A stretch of DNA of 64,000 nucleotides from Gammaproteobacteria bacterium (GCA_027315405.1 DAHUYB010000077.1:24286-88285), one strand, 5' to 3'. Positions 1 to 13,824 are shown, numbered from the stretch's first letter. Notes: generated by a model from the letters alone, not told the origin. Translations and numbers: made by a program.

Positions 1-118
1 CCGTGGCAACGGTCTGGGGCGCCTGAGTTTGGGGCCCGTAATCATGCATCCACGCCTGATAAATCAGGAATGCGACAAACACCAGTGCCGCGAACAAAAA
101 TAACCGGCGGTTATCCAT
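1..118 (-). CDS. yidC: membrane protein insertase YidC, 5' end only (the gene continues beyond the window edge)
   Basis: The reverse strand from ATG at 118..116 reads [35 protein letters not shown]. This parallels the E. coli YidC N-terminal anchor ([26 protein letters not shown]). It sits in the canonical position after rpmH-rnpA-yidD. Confidence 0.75.
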   Translation of the reverse strand, partial: MDNRRLFLFAALVFVAFLIYQAWMHDYGPQTQAPQTVAT

Positions 119-368
119 GGGGGTGTTTCACACTCGGCACGGGATCATAGCCACCGGGATGCAGCGGATGACAACGCAGGATACGCAGGATCGCAAGCCA
201 GCTGCCGCGCAATGCGCCGAAGCGATGGATGGCTTGTTGGGCATACGCGGAGCAGGAGGGTTCAAAGCGGCAGTGCGGACCCAGGAATGGGCTTACAAAA
301 CGCCGGTAGCCGCGAATTAAGAGAATCAGGATGCTGCGCATTGTTTTATCAATTCCTGCCAATGCCAC
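111..368 (-). CDS. yidD: membrane protein insertion efficiency factor YidD
   Basis: 85-aa ORF with the YidD signature [13 protein letters not shown]...[13 protein letters not shown]. Same length as E. coli YidD. Overlaps the yidC start by 8 nt. Confidence 0.88.
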   Translation of the reverse strand: MALAGIDKTMRSILILLIRGYRRFVSPFLGPHCRFEPSCSAYAQQAIHRFGALRGSWLAILRILRCHPLHPGGYDPVPSVKHPHG

Positions 369-850
369 TCGAGGCTGCTGCGTAAGCCGGCGTTATCCTG
401 AGAAGCTGCCAGCGATTTGACCTGAATTACGATGTCCACGGCCGGAAGTATGGTCCGGTGCCTGCGGAAGCTTTCCCGCACCTGGCGCTTGATGCGATTG
501 CGTGCAGTGGCGTTGGGTACCGCCTTGCGCGCTACGCTGATACCCAGCCGGGCAGCAAAATGACCGGGGCTGGCATAGACGCGGAAGTAAGAATCTGAAG
601 TCCGCGCCCCTATGCGAAAGGTACGGTTGAAATCCGCCGGCGTGCGCAGTCGCGCTTCAGGAGAGAAGCCGTTTGTGGGCGAACTTAAGGGCAGAGTCTC
701 GCCCGGCCCTTGGCGCGGCGGGCGCTGAGTACCTGGCGACCGCGTTTCGTTGCCATGCGCGCGCGAAACCCGTGGGTACGCTTCCGGTGAATAATGCTGG
801 GTTGATAGGTTCTTTTCATGCTGATGGCCGGTCTGATGCGCTGCGTTCAC
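326..850 (-). CDS. rnpA: ribonuclease P protein component RnpA (start codon unresolved; the conserved core begins near 670)
   Basis: The C-terminal ~115 aa ([18 protein letters not shown]...[14 protein letters not shown]...) match the RnpA family. The only ATG/GTG/TTG in this frame upstream of the core is GTG at 850. CTG at 694 is the only near-cognate start after the rpmH stop region. See finding. Confidence 0.8.
   Translation of the reverse strand: MNAAHQTGHQHEKNLSTQHYSPEAYPRVSRAHGNETRSPGTQRPPRQGPGETLPLSSPTNGFSPEARLRTPADFNRTFRIGARTSDSYFRVYASPGHFAARLGISVARKAVPNATARNRIKRQVRESFRRHRTILPAVDIVIQVKSLAASQDNAGLRSSLEWHWQELIKQCAAS
685..819 (-). CDS. rpmH: 50S ribosomal protein L34
   Basis: Not in the ORF track because it is only 44 aa. 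The reverse strand from ATG 819 reads [44 protein letters not shown] then a stop. This is an almost invariant L34 sequence. Confidence 0.96.
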   Translation of the reverse strand: MKRTYQPSIIHRKRTHGFRARMATKRGRQVLSARRAKGRARLCP

Positions 851-933
851 AGACGCGTGGGCAAAGGCGCGATATTAGACGTGTGCAACGGCCCACTGTC
901 AATATGTGGGCCTTGTTTTCCTGTATTTGGTCC

Positions 934-942
934 TGTGGATAA
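934..942 (-). promoter_or_regulatory. perfect DnaA box (TTATCCACA on the minus strand) in the rpmH-dnaA spacer
   Basis: The plus strand reads TGTGGATAA at 934..942, about 100 nt upstream of the dnaA ATG. This fits the usual dnaA autoregulatory arrangement. Confidence 0.6.
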
Positions 943-1039
943 CTCCATTGAACCGGTATAGACTCTTTCGCTCTTTCGCGCAGCATCGTCAATACGCTGC
1001 CGGGTTGAATTGAATCAATCGAACTGCCGGGGGTCTAGC

Positions 1040-2359
1040 ATGCCATCGCTGTGGACGCGGTGTGTGGATCATTTAGAGCATGAGCTTACGGAGCAAGAGC
1101 TCAACACCTGGATCCGGCCACTACACGCTCAGGAAGACAGCCATACGCTGCGGCTACTAGCGCCCAACCGCTTCGTCATGGATTGGGTACGAGACCGCTT
1201 CCTGCCAAGGATTTCCAAGCTCGCCAAGGAATTGGCTGAAGACCGGGAACGCCGGGTGCTGTTGGAGGTCGGAGCGGTCCAAGAAATACCCCCGCAGGGC
1301 CACGCCACCGTACCTATCGGTAATCTGGTCCCCACATCGGGTACCGGGCTTAACCTTCTGTATACCTTTGAAACATTTGTTGAAGGCAAATCGAATCAAT
1401 TTGCTCTGGCTGCCGCCCGCCAAGTGGCTGAGAACCCCGGCAGGGCATACAACCCCCTGTTTATCTATGGCGGGGTGGGGCTCGGCAAGACCCATCTTAT
1501 GCAGAGTGTCGGCCACCTGATCCAGTCACGTAACCCCCAAGCACGGGTCGCGTATGTGCACTCTGAGCGCTTTGTTAACGACATGGTGCGTGCCCTACAA
1601 CACAACACGATTAACGAATTCAAACGCCATTACCGCACCCTGGACGCATTACTCATCGATGACATACAGTTTTTCGTCGGCAAGGAACGTTCCCAAGAAG
1701 AATTTTTCCATACCTTTAATGCCCTGCTGGAGGGCCAGCAGCAGGTAATCCTTACCTGTGACCGCTATCCCAAAGAAGTCGAGGGCCTGGAGGAGCGGCT
1801 CAAATCACGCTTTGGGTGGGGGCTTACGGTCCCCATTGAGCCACCTGAGCTGGAAACCAGGGTGGCTATTCTTATGAAAAAAGCCAGCCTTGAAAATGTC
1901 GCGTTGCCGAATGATGTGGCATTTTTCATCGCTCAGCGAGTCAGTTCCAATATCCGGGAATTGGAAGGCGCGCTGCGCCGGGTGGCAGCTAATGCCCAGT
2001 TTACCGGCCAAGCCGTAAGCTTGGAAAATACCCGCGAATGGCTTAAAGATATCCTTGCGCGGCAGGACCGCTTAGTTACCTTGGACAATATTCAGAAAAC
2101 AGTAGCGGATTACTTTCATGTGCGGGTCAGTGACATGCTCTCCAAAAAACGCAGTCGCTCAATTGCTAGACCCCGGCAGGTCGCCATGAGTCTTGCCAAG
2201 GGCCTTACCACCCATAGCCTGCCGGAAATCGGTGATGCTTTTGGCGGTCGCGACCATACGACCGTACTGCATGCCTGCCGCAAGGTACAGGAATTACGTG
2301 GTATGGAACCGCGGTTTGAGGAAGACTATCAAACCCTCATAAGAACCCTTTCATGTTGA
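1040..2359 (+). CDS. dnaA: chromosomal replication initiator protein DnaA
   Basis: From ATG 1040 the product ([16 protein letters not shown]...NTWIRPL...[14 protein letters not shown]) aligns with the E. coli DnaA N-terminus. It has the AAA+ Walker [11 protein letters not shown] and a C-terminal DnaA-box-binding domain. The TTG at 1010 in the ORF track is probably an over-extension. Confidence 0.97.
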   Translation: MPSLWTRCVDHLEHELTEQELNTWIRPLHAQEDSHTLRLLAPNRFVMDWVRDRFLPRISKLAKELAEDRERRVLLEVGAVQEIPPQGHATVPIGNLVPTSGTGLNLLYTFETFVEGKSNQFALAAARQVAENPGRAYNPLFIYGGVGLGKTHLMQSVGHLIQSRNPQARVAYVHSERFVNDMVRALQHNTINEFKRHYRTLDALLIDDIQFFVGKERSQEEFFHTFNALLEGQQQVILTCDRYPKEVEGLEERLKSRFGWGLTVPIEPPELETRVAILMKKASLENVALPNDVAFFIAQRVSSNIRELEGALRRVAANAQFTGQAVSLENTREWLKDILARQDRLVTLDNIQKTVADYFHVRVSDMLSKKRSRSIARPRQVAMSLAKGLTTHSLPEIGDAFGGRDHTTVLHACRKVQELRGMEPRFEEDYQTLIRTLSC

Positions 2360-2581
2360 ACAATTGTGGGTAAGCTGTGGAAGACTCTTGGGGCTTAAAC
2401 CACACACAGTGTATGAACGGGTTAACACCACTCTTTCGGCCGAGAAACCAACAAGATAAAAACAATCTAACTATATGATTTATAAATAAAATTTAGTTTT
2501 ATAAACATAAATGCATGATTTAATTATGATAATTAATTATCTAAAATTATCTATCTCCAATATCTATAGACAGGTGGATAA
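2360..2581. other. candidate oriC / DNA-unwinding element in the dnaA-dnaN spacer
   Basis: About 115 bp of extreme AT-richness (approx 2455..2570) in an otherwise GC-rich window, with a repeated ATGATTTA. It is flanked by DnaA-box-like 9-mers: TGTGGGTAA at 2366..2374 (8/9), TGTGGAAGA at 2376..2384 (7/9) and GGTGGATAA at 2573..2581 (8/9). Confidence 0.5.
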
Positions 2582-3682
2582 ATGAAATTTGAGACCCTTC
2601 GGGACACCCTTCTTTCCCCTGTTCAGGCGGTCGTTGGCGTTGTGGAAAGAAGGCAAACCATGCCCATACTTGCCAACCTATTACTAGCTGTTTCGGATGA
2701 TGGGCTATCGGTAACCGGTACGGACATGGAAGTTGAGCTGGTCGCAAATACCCCAGTTGAGGTACAGGAAAAGGGCGAAGTGACGGTTCCAGCCCGCAAA
2801 CTGCTGGAAATCTGCCGGGCTCTACCAGAAGGGGCAAAACTTGCGATCAGTTTGGATAATGGCAAGCTTTCCCTACGTTCGGGGCATAGCCGCTTTAGTC
2901 TAGCCACTTTGCCTGCTACCGATTTTCCCTCCGTTGAGGATATCCAGGTGCAACGGGGTTTCGCGGTCAGCCAAAAACAGCTGCGTGATTTGATTGCCAG
3001 AACGGCATTTTCCATGGCTCAGCAGGATGTGCGTTATTACTTGAACGGTTTGTTGTTGGAAACCAGTGAAAATCGCTTACGCGCAGTGGCCACGGATGGA
3101 CACCGGCTAGCACTGTGTGATTTACAAACCACGGGCGCAAACAGCCCTGTGCAACAAGTAATCCTGCCGCGTAAAGGCGTGCTCGAGCTGCAGCGTCTTT
3201 TAGCGGATGTTGATACGGAAGCCCAAATCGAGTTGGGTATGAACCACCTGCGTGTAAGCTTGCCTAGCCTGAGGTTCACGTCCAAGTTGATTGATGGACG
3301 ATTCCCGGAGTATGAGCGGGTGGTACCTAAAGGTGGCGACAAGGTGTTCATCGCCGATCGCCAGCTTTTGCGCGAAACTCTGGGCCGGGCCGCTATTCTC
3401 TCCAACGAAAAATACAGGGGGGTAAGGTTGCAGCTGGCAACAAAACACCTGAAAGTCATGGCCCACAATCCAGAACAGGAAGAGGCAGAAGATGAGTTGG
3501 AAGTTCAATATCAAGGAAATGAACTGGAGATAGGGTTCAATGTGACTTATCTGTTGGATGCTTTGGCAGCACTTGAGAGTGAGCAGGTACATATCACTTT
3601 GACCGACGCCAATAGCAGTTGCTTAATCCGTGGGCCAGAAAATGAACACTGCCGCTATGTGGTTATGCCGATGCGGCTCTGA
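2582..3682 (+). CDS. dnaN: DNA polymerase III beta sliding clamp
   Basis: 366-aa ORF with the typical DnaN start (MKFETLRDTLLSPVQAVVGVVERRQTMPILANLLL) and three-domain length. Synteny dnaA-dnaN-recF. Confidence 0.97.
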   Translation: MKFETLRDTLLSPVQAVVGVVERRQTMPILANLLLAVSDDGLSVTGTDMEVELVANTPVEVQEKGEVTVPARKLLEICRALPEGAKLAISLDNGKLSLRSGHSRFSLATLPATDFPSVEDIQVQRGFAVSQKQLRDLIARTAFSMAQQDVRYYLNGLLLETSENRLRAVATDGHRLALCDLQTTGANSPVQQVILPRKGVLELQRLLADVDTEAQIELGMNHLRVSLPSLRFTSKLIDGRFPEYERVVPKGGDKVFIADRQLLRETLGRAAILSNEKYRGVRLQLATKHLKVMAHNPEQEEAEDELEVQYQGNELEIGFNVTYLLDALAALESEQVHITLTDANSSCLIRGPENEHCRYVVMPMRL

Positions 3683-3694
3683 CCAGTAATCCTT

Positions 3695-4765
3695 ATGGGG
3701 TTATTGAATCTCTCCTTGCGTAATTTCCGTTGTTTTACTGCCGCCGACCTCGAATTTGCCCCAACGTTTAATTTGATCACCGGGGAAAATGCTTCAGGAA
3801 AAACCAGCCTGATTGAAAGCATTTTCCTTATGGGTCGAGGGCGTTCTTTCAGGACGGCAAACTTGGAATCGGCGGTTCGTGCGGGCACCAACGGATTTCA
3901 GATTGTCGGGCGGGTATCCAGCCAATCCACCCCAATACCTATAGGACTTGCCCGTGAAAATGGTCATCTAGAGGCGAGAATTGCAGGGCAGACGCCGGCG
4001 ACATTGGCGCAGTTATCGGAAACCTTTCCAGTTCAGTTAGTAGATAATCAGGCACATGAAATTATACGAGGCAACCCACATCGGCGCCGGCAGTTTTTGG
4101 ATTGGGGTGTGTTTCACGTGGAACCGACCTTTTTCCCTGTCTGGCGCCGTTATCAGCGGGTTTTGCGCCAGCGCAATACGCTGCTGCGCAACGGCAATCC
4201 CCAACCAGAGATATCGAGTTGGGATAGGGAATTGGTTTCTCAGGGGGAAGCGTTGGGTGCCTTCAGGCAGGAATATCTAGCGAGCTTGCTCCCGACTGCC
4301 ACCGCCTGGGCGAGTCAAGCCTTAGGCGGACTCGAAATTAGTTTGGAGTATCGCCCGGGGTGGCCAAGAGAGCAGGGTTTTCCGGATGCCTTGAAGAATG
4401 CAATCGAACGGGATCGATATGCGGGTATGACGCAGGTCGGACCCCATAGGGCCGAGATGCTGATAAAAGTGGAGGGTAAGCCTGCTCAAGAAAGGGTCTC
4501 CCGGGGACAGGAAAAAGCGTTGGTTGGAGCCTTATTGCTGGCTCAAGCTGCTGTTTACCGGGCGCGTAGTGGGCGGCCCTGCACCTTGTTGCTGGATGAT
4601 TTAGCCGCTGAATTCGATAGCGGACACCTAACCCGATTTCTAGACCGCGTAGAAGAATGCGGCGCCCAGACCCATATTACTGCCATAGATCCCCCTTCTT
4701 CGATCACAAGCCGGGTAGCAAAGGCGTTCCACGTGAAACAAGACAAAATCACCGAAATGGTATAA
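3695..4765 (+). CDS. recF: DNA replication/repair protein RecF
   Basis: 356 aa. Walker A GENASGKTS, SMC-like signature region and C-terminal LLLDDLAAEFD (Walker B). Confidence 0.95.
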   Translation: MGLLNLSLRNFRCFTAADLEFAPTFNLITGENASGKTSLIESIFLMGRGRSFRTANLESAVRAGTNGFQIVGRVSSQSTPIPIGLARENGHLEARIAGQTPATLAQLSETFPVQLVDNQAHEIIRGNPHRRRQFLDWGVFHVEPTFFPVWRRYQRVLRQRNTLLRNGNPQPEISSWDRELVSQGEALGAFRQEYLASLLPTATAWASQALGGLEISLEYRPGWPREQGFPDALKNAIERDRYAGMTQVGPHRAEMLIKVEGKPAQERVSRGQEKALVGALLLAQAAVYRARSGRPCTLLLDDLAAEFDSGHLTRFLDRVEECGAQTHITAIDPPSSITSRVAKAFHVKQDKITEMV

Positions 4766-7958
<3,193 letters not shown>

Positions 7959-7962
<4 letters not shown>

Positions 7963-8504
7963 CGCTGTACCTCAAGGAGTAAATGCTCGACGGCCGTCGC
8001 CAGGTCAGCGAACACTTCCACGCGCCGGGGGGCAGATAATTGCCGCAAGGTTTCTTCTCCATAGCCCGTGCGTACCAGGATCGGACGAGCCTTGACTGCT
8101 TCCGCTGCTTGGATATCGCGCAAACTGTCACCGATAGCGGAGACGCCTTTGAGGCTCAGATTGAACCGTTTCTCGATCTGGTGCAGCAATCCGGGTTTTG
8201 GTTTTCGACAGTCGCAATCATCCCCCGGGCCATGAGGACAGTAAAAAATACCGGCCAGCCTACCCCCGGATGCTTCAACAGCTGCTTGCATCTTACGGTG
8301 AATAGCTTTCAGGGCCTCAAGGTCAAACAGTCCACGTCCAACACCCGCTTGGTTGGTTGCCACCACCACGCTGAAACCGCCCTGATTGAGACGGGCGACG
8401 GCTTCGAGGCTGCCGGGGATGGGAATCCATTCGTCAGGCGACTTGATGTAGGCTTCGGATTCATGATTGATGACGCCGTCGCGGTCGAGGATCACCAGCC
8501 GCAT
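7959..8504 (-). CDS. gmhB: D-glycero-beta-D-manno-heptose-1,7-bisphosphate 7-phosphatase (HAD family)
   Basis: LILDRDGVIN (HAD motif I), VATNQAGVGRG and the zinc-loop CxH...CxCRKPKPG typical of GmhB. Confidence 0.85.
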
Positions 8505-8505
8505 G

Positions 8506-10608
8506 TTATTCGGTCTGAATCAGCGCCAGGTCGGCGGTGTGCAGGAACAACTCGGACAGGTGGGCGAGAAGCGCCAGGCGGTTGGCGCGGATTCCCGCGT
8601 CCGTGTCCATGACCAGCACCCGGTTGAAGAACTCATCCACAGGCGCGCGTAGCGCCGCGAGCTTTTTGAGGGCCGCGGTGTAATCGCCAGCGGCGAGCAG
8701 CGGGTGGATATCCTGCTGTAACCGTTCCACCTGGGCATACAGCGATTTTTCAGCGGGTTCGCGCAACTTGGATATTTCCACTTCATGGGCCTCAAACCGG
8801 CCTGCCTGTTTGAGGATGTTGCCGATGCGTTTGTTGGCGGCCGCAAGGCTCGATGCTTCCGGCAGAGACAGAAAGGCATTTACCGCCTGTATGCGGCGCT
8901 GGAAGTCGAGCGGTCTTTCCGGGCGGCGCGCACGCACCGCCTCGAACACGTCGGCGCGGATGCCGGCTTCCAGGTAATAGGCCCATAGCCTTTCCAGCAG
9001 AAACTCATACAGCTCGTCGGCCAGTACCTCTTGGTTTTGGCCAAACGGCTGGTCGGCCAACGCGGCGCGAAGGAGTTTCATCAAGTCCAGATCAAGTTGC
9101 TGTTCCACCAGAATGCGCATGACTCCCAGGCCCGCGCGCCGCAGGCCGAAAGGATCCTTGTCGCCCGTGGGTTTCTGGCCAATTACAAAGATTCCGCAGA
9201 TGGTGTCCAGCTTGTCGGCGATGGCGAGCGCTTGGCCGGTTTTGGTCGCGGGCAGCGTATCGCCGGCATAACGCGGCCGATAGTGCTCAGCGATGGCGCG
9301 CGCCACCTCCTCCGGCTCGCCGTCGTGGTGCGCGTAATAGCCGCCCATGACACCCTGAAGCTCCGGGAATTCGCCTACCATGCCGGTCACCAGATCACAC
9401 TTGCAAAACAGTGCGGCGCGACTTGCGAGTCCCGGGTCGCCGTTGATCTGTCCGGCGATATACTCAGCCAGTTTTGCCACTCGCCGGGATTTGTCCCTAA
9501 GACTGCCGAGGCCTTTCTGGAAAGTAATGCGCTCCAGTTCCGGCAGGCGCGCTTCGAGCCGTGTTTTGCGGTCGTGTTCCCAGAAGAATGCGGCGTCGCT
9601 GAGCCGCGGCACGATCACGCGCTCGTTGCCGCGCCGCACCTCCGCGGGTTGTTTGCTCTGGATGTTGCTGATGGCGACAAACCGCGGCAACAGCCGGCCT
9701 TTAACATCGCGCAGCGGGAAGTAACGCTGCTGGCTTTCAAGAACTGCGACGATCACCTCGTCGGGCAGTACTAGGAATTTCTTGTCGAACCCGCCGGTCA
9801 CCGGCACCGGCCATTCCACCATTGCTGCCACCTCTTCAAGCAATGCCCCGTCCAGTTGTGCCTGCCCACCCGCCTTCTTTGCCGCCGCAGTCACTTGCAC
9901 AGCGATTCTCTTGGTCAACGTGCCGTGGCGGTCCTCCACCAGCACCTTGCCTGTGGAGGCGAGCACTTTGGGATAGTCCTTTGGGTGTTTGAGAGTAATC
10001 GTGGCTGGGTGATGGTAGCGGTGACCGTAAGTCTTGCTGCCGGCCTGGATGCCGAGGATTTCCGCCTTGAGCGGTTGTTCGCCGAGCAGCATCACGACCC
10101 AATGCACCGGCCGCACAAACTGCACCTCGCCTGATCCCCAGCGCATGCGTTTCGGAATCGGCAGCTTTGCCAATGCTTCGTTCACGATCCCGGGCAGAAG
10201 CTCGGCAGCGGTTTTGCCTTTGAGTTCCCTGATGTAAGCCAGCCGCTCACCTCCGTCGGTTTGACAGCGCTTCAACTGACCAACGGTCACTCCACAGGAT
10301 TTAGCGAAACCTTCGGCGGCTTTGGTTGGCTGACCTTGGCTATCAAATGCGGTACTGACTGCCGGCCCTAAACGTTCTTCGGTACGGTCTTTTTGTTTGA
10401 GAAGAATTCTGGGCAGATAGATCGCCAGCCGCCGTGGTGAAAAAAACGTGTCTCCCTCAGGGGGGTGTTCCGGAAGAAAATTGCGGGTTGCGAGTTGCAT
10501 AAACAGGTTCTGATGGAAGGCTATCGCCAAGCCTTTTAAACTTTTTGGCGGTAATTCCTCAGTGCCGATTTCCACCAGGAACGGTTGCGTGTCTTTCGCC
10601 TTAGCCAT
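8506..10608 (-). CDS. glyS: glycine--tRNA ligase beta subunit
   Basis: [22 protein letters not shown] is the GlyS-type N-terminus. About 700 aa. Immediately downstream of glyQ with an 8-nt overlap. The start was trimmed from the ORF-track start at 10692. Confidence 0.95.
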   Translation of the reverse strand: MAKAKDTQPFLVEIGTEELPPKSLKGLAIAFHQNLFMQLATRNFLPEHPPEGDTFFSPRRLAIYLPRILLKQKDRTEERLGPAVSTAFDSQGQPTKAAEGFAKSCGVTVGQLKRCQTDGGERLAYIRELKGKTAAELLPGIVNEALAKLPIPKRMRWGSGEVQFVRPVHWVVMLLGEQPLKAEILGIQAGSKTYGHRYHHPATITLKHPKDYPKVLASTGKVLVEDRHGTLTKRIAVQVTAAAKKAGGQAQLDGALLEEVAAMVEWPVPVTGGFDKKFLVLPDEVIVAVLESQQRYFPLRDVKGRLLPRFVAISNIQSKQPAEVRRGNERVIVPRLSDAAFFWEHDRKTRLEARLPELERITFQKGLGSLRDKSRRVAKLAEYIAGQINGDPGLASRAALFCKCDLVTGMVGEFPELQGVMGGYYAHHDGEPEEVARAIAEHYRPRYAGDTLPATKTGQALAIADKLDTICGIFVIGQKPTGDKDPFGLRRAGLGVMRILVEQQLDLDLMKLLRAALADQPFGQNQEVLADELYEFLLERLWAYYLEAGIRADVFEAVRARRPERPLDFQRRIQAVNAFLSLPEASSLAAANKRIGNILKQAGRFEAHEVEISKLREPAEKSLYAQVERLQQDIHPLLAAGDYTAALKKLAALRAPVDEFFNRVLVMDTDAGIRANRLALLAHLSELFLHTADLALIQTE

Positions 10609-11530
10609 GGGCGTGTTTCTTTCGAGGATTTTCCCTGCGCAGTAATGGGAAATCCAGGGCTTCGCGGCTTTGCAGATAGGCTTCGGCGACACCGCGGGCC
10701 AGGGTGCGCACCCGCAGGATAAAGCGCTGGCGCTCGGTCACGGAGATCGCCCTGCGGGCATCCAGCAGATTGAAGGTATGCGAAGCTTGCAAGGCCTGTT
10801 CATAGGCCGGCAGCGGCAGGTGCTTGTCAAGCAACCGCTGGCATTCGCGCTCACAGGTGTCGAACCAGCCGAACAGGCTCTGGGTATCAGCTTCCTCGAA
10901 GTTGTATTTCGATTGCTCCACTTCGTTCTGGCGGAACACGTCGCCATAGGTGATGCAACCAAGCGGGCCGTCGGTCCACAGCAGATCAAACACGCTCTCC
11001 ACACTTTGCAGGTGCATGGCGATGCGTTCGAGGCCGTAGGTGATTTCCCCAGACACCGGCCGGCATTCAAGGCCGCCAACCTGCTGGAAATAGGTAAACT
11101 GGCTTACTTCCATGCCGTTCAGCCATACTTCCCAGCCAAGCCCCCAAGCGCCCAAAGTCGGCGATTCCCAGTTGTCTTCCACAAAACGGATGTCGTTGAT
11201 CAGCGGGTCCAAGCCCAGAGCCTTTAGAGAACCCAGATACAGTTCCTGAATATTATCCGGGGAGGGTTTGAGTATTACTTGGAACTGATAGTAGTGCTGC
11301 AGCCGGTTGGGGTTTTCGCCATAACGGCCGTCGGTGGGCCGGCGGCAGGGCTGCACGTAGGCGGCCCTCCAGGGCTCCGGGCCGATGGCTCGCAGAAAAG
11401 TAGCGGGGTGGAAGGTGCCCGCGCCCACAGGCATATCCAGGGGCTGCAGCAGTACACAACCCTGACGGAGCCAGTATTGCTGCAAGGCGAGGATAAGATT
11501 CTGGAAGGTCGCGGGGGTTCTGGCGCTCAT
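10601..11530 (-). CDS. glyQ: glycine--tRNA ligase alpha subunit
   Basis: 309 aa. [47 protein letters not shown] is a highly conserved GlyQ sequence. Confidence 0.97.
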   Translation of the reverse strand: MSARTPATFQNLILALQQYWLRQGCVLLQPLDMPVGAGTFHPATFLRAIGPEPWRAAYVQPCRRPTDGRYGENPNRLQHYYQFQVILKPSPDNIQELYLGSLKALGLDPLINDIRFVEDNWESPTLGAWGLGWEVWLNGMEVSQFTYFQQVGGLECRPVSGEITYGLERIAMHLQSVESVFDLLWTDGPLGCITYGDVFRQNEVEQSKYNFEEADTQSLFGWFDTCERECQRLLDKHLPLPAYEQALQASHTFNLLDARRAISVTERQRFILRVRTLARGVAEAYLQSREALDFPLLRRENPRKKHAHG

Positions 11531-11631
11531 TATCTTGTACGGTCGGCGTCCCGCCCGGCTTGAAGGCCGCCAAGTATAGCTTCTTCATTAAGTCACTGAC
11601 ACAAATCCGGAAGCAGGCCGTTTCAGAATTG

Positions 11632-11648
11632 TGCACCATTGTGGTGCG
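11632..11648 (+). promoter_or_regulatory. NtrC (enhancer) binding site upstream of glnA
   Basis: TGCACCATTGTGGTGCG matches the consensus TGCACCA-N3-TGGTGCA at 16/17 positions. It is centred about 70 nt upstream of the -24 element. Confidence 0.6.
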
Positions 11649-11708
11649 GTTGAGGCTAATTAAGACGATTTGGTTTTGAAGGAATGCCGGATTGATAGGG
11701 GTTTTGTT

Positions 11709-11724
11709 TGGCACGCGGATTGCT
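11709..11724 (+). promoter_or_regulatory. sigma54 (-24/-12) promoter of glnA (glnAp2 type)
   Basis: TGGCAC-GCGGA-TTGCT matches TGGCAC-N5-TTGCW, with GG and GC at the exact 12-nt register. It lies about 50 nt upstream of the glnA ATG at 11774. Confidence 0.65.
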
Positions 11725-11773
11725 CCTCAGTAGGATAAGGCAATTTCCGCAATTCTCACCTCCGGAGTTTCCC

Positions 11774-13183
11774 ATGCCCTCCAAAGATGTCTTGGATCTG
11801 ATTGCCAAAGAAAACGCGAAGTTTGTGGACTTCCGCTTCACCGACAGCCGCGGCAAGGAGCAGCACGTGAGTGTGCCGGCGCATACCGTGGACGAAGAAC
11901 TGTTCGAGGATGGCAAAATGTTTGACGGCTCTTCCATTGCCGGCTGGAAGGGAATCAATGAATCCGACATGATTCTGATGCCCGATCCCGGCAGCGCAAT
12001 TATGGATCCGTTCTTCGAGGAGCCTACCGTCAATCTGCGTTGTGACGTTATCGAACCCGCCACCATGCAAGGCTACGGGCGTGATCCACGCTCCCTCGCC
12101 AAGCGTGCCGAGGCCTATCTAAAATCCACCGGCATCGCCGATACCGCCTACTTCGGACCGGAGAACGAATTTTTCATTTTTGATGATATCCGCTGGGGTG
12201 CCGATATCAGCGGCTCCTTCTACAAGATTGACTCCAAGGAAGCTGGCTGGAATTCCGAGCGCGTTTACGAGGGCGGCAATATTGGCCATCGTCCTGGCAT
12301 CAAGGGCGGGTATTTCCCGGTGCCACCGGTGGATGCCTTGCAGGACATCCGTTCCGCCATGTGCATGGCGCTGGAAGACATGGGCTTGAAAACCGAAGTG
12401 CACCATCATGAGGTAGCAACCGCGGGTCAGTGCGAAATCGGTGTAGCTTTCGGCACGCTTGTCAAGAAAGCCGACGAAGTGCAGATCCTCAAGTATGTAG
12501 TCATGAACGTGGCGCATGCGTATGGCAAAACCGCCACCTTCATGCCCAAACCCCTGGTAGGCGACAACGGCAGTGGCATGCACGTACACCAGTCGCTGGC
12601 CAAGGAGGGTAAAAACCTGTTCAGCGGCAACCTCTATGGCGGGTTGTCGGAACTGGCGCTCTACTATATCGGCGGCATCATCAAGCATGCACGCGCACTG
12701 AATGCCCTAACCAACGCCAGTACCAACAGCTACAAACGCTTGGTGCCGCATTTCGAAGCACCGGTAATGCTGGCTTACTCCGCCCGCAACCGTTCTGCCT
12801 CCATCCGCATTCCCTACGTATCCAGCCCCCAAAAGCGCCGTATTGAGGTACGTTTCCCAGATTCCAGCGGCAACCCTTATTTTGCTTTTAGCGCCATGAT
12901 GATGGCAGGCTTGGACGGCATCCAAAACAAGATCCACCCGGGCGAAGCCATGGACAAGGATCTTTATGATCTGCCGCCGGAGGAGGAAAAAAATATTCCC
13001 CAGGTTTGCTATTCATTGGATATGGCGTTGGAATATCTGGACAAGGACCGCGGCTTTCTGAAAGTTGGCGGGGTGTTCACTGACGATGTGATTGATGCCT
13101 ACATCGGGCTCAAGATGCAAGAAGTCACGCGTCTGCGTATGACCACACATCCGGTGGAATTTGACATGTACTTCAGCTTGTAA
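11774..13183 (+). CDS. glnA: glutamine synthetase type I
   Basis: [35 protein letters not shown] is the classic GSI N-terminus. About 469 aa. The adenylylation-loop region (NLYDLPPEE-like [15 protein letters not shown]) is present. Confidence 0.97.
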   Translation: MPSKDVLDLIAKENAKFVDFRFTDSRGKEQHVSVPAHTVDEELFEDGKMFDGSSIAGWKGINESDMILMPDPGSAIMDPFFEEPTVNLRCDVIEPATMQGYGRDPRSLAKRAEAYLKSTGIADTAYFGPENEFFIFDDIRWGADISGSFYKIDSKEAGWNSERVYEGGNIGHRPGIKGGYFPVPPVDALQDIRSAMCMALEDMGLKTEVHHHEVATAGQCEIGVAFGTLVKKADEVQILKYVVMNVAHAYGKTATFMPKPLVGDNGSGMHVHQSLAKEGKNLFSGNLYGGLSELALYYIGGIIKHARALNALTNASTNSYKRLVPHFEAPVMLAYSARNRSASIRIPYVSSPQKRRIEVRFPDSSGNPYFAFSAMMMAGLDGIQNKIHPGEAMDKDLYDLPPEEEKNIPQVCYSLDMALEYLDKDRGFLKVGGVFTDDVIDAYIGLKMQEVTRLRMTTHPVEFDMYFSL

Positions 13184-13208
13184 CTCGGAACACAAGCATT
13201 CGTGATGT

Positions 13209-13766
13209 ATGTCGATTCGTTTTGCGATATCCGGGGACGCGCCCGGCATAAACGCTATCTATGGGCCGTTTGTCACTGATAACGCCGTGTCGTTTGAGTT
13301 GGAACCGCCTTCCGACGCGTGCCTGGGAGAGCGCATCACAAGCACGTTGCGACAATTTCCCTGGCTGGTGAATTATTCCGGCGATCGGGTGCTCGGTTAT
13401 GCTTACGCGAGCCAGTACCGGCAAAGAGCTGCGTATCAATGGGCCGTTGAGACGACGGTGTATGTGGACGCGCAAAGCCGGCGAACCGGGATTGCACGCG
13501 GACTATATCAACGGCTGTTTGCGATACTGCGGCATCAGGGTTATTACACAGCCTATGCCGGTATTGCCTTGCCAAATCAGGGCAGCATTGCCTTGCACCA
13601 GGCCTTGGGATTTGAGCCCATCGGAATTTTTCGGGCCGCAGGTTATAAGCTCGGCGCTTGGCATGATGTGGGTTGGTGGCAAAGACCTTTGGGCAATTAC
13701 GATAACCCGTCAAGCCCGCCAAAACCGCTCCCGCAGTTACGCGCCGCACTGGATGAGTTGACGTGA
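13209..13766 (+). CDS. GNAT N-acetyltransferase, phosphinothricin/methionine-sulfoximine acetyltransferase (PAT/MddA-like) family
   Basis: 185 aa. The pattern IYGPFVTDNAVSFELEPPS...ETTVYVD...RRTGIARGLYQRLF...ALHQALGFEPIG is typical of PAT-family GNATs. Confidence 0.78.
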   Translation: MSIRFAISGDAPGINAIYGPFVTDNAVSFELEPPSDACLGERITSTLRQFPWLVNYSGDRVLGYAYASQYRQRAAYQWAVETTVYVDAQSRRTGIARGLYQRLFAILRHQGYYTAYAGIALPNQGSIALHQALGFEPIGIFRAAGYKLGAWHDVGWWQRPLGNYDNPSSPPKPLPQLRAALDELT

Positions 13767-13780
13767 GCGGTCGGCAGGCA

Positions 13781-13824
13781 TAAAAAAGCCGGCGTATCGG
13801 GGGATGGGGTAACGGTACGCCGGC
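13781..13824 (-). terminator. intrinsic terminator-like hairpin (minus-strand orientation)
   Basis: Perfect 9-bp GC-rich stem (GCCGGCGTA 13788..13796 pairs with TACGCCGGC 13816..13824) followed on the minus strand by a U6 run (A run 13782..13787 on plus). The 19-nt loop is unusually long. No minus-strand CDS precedes it. Confidence 0.5.
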
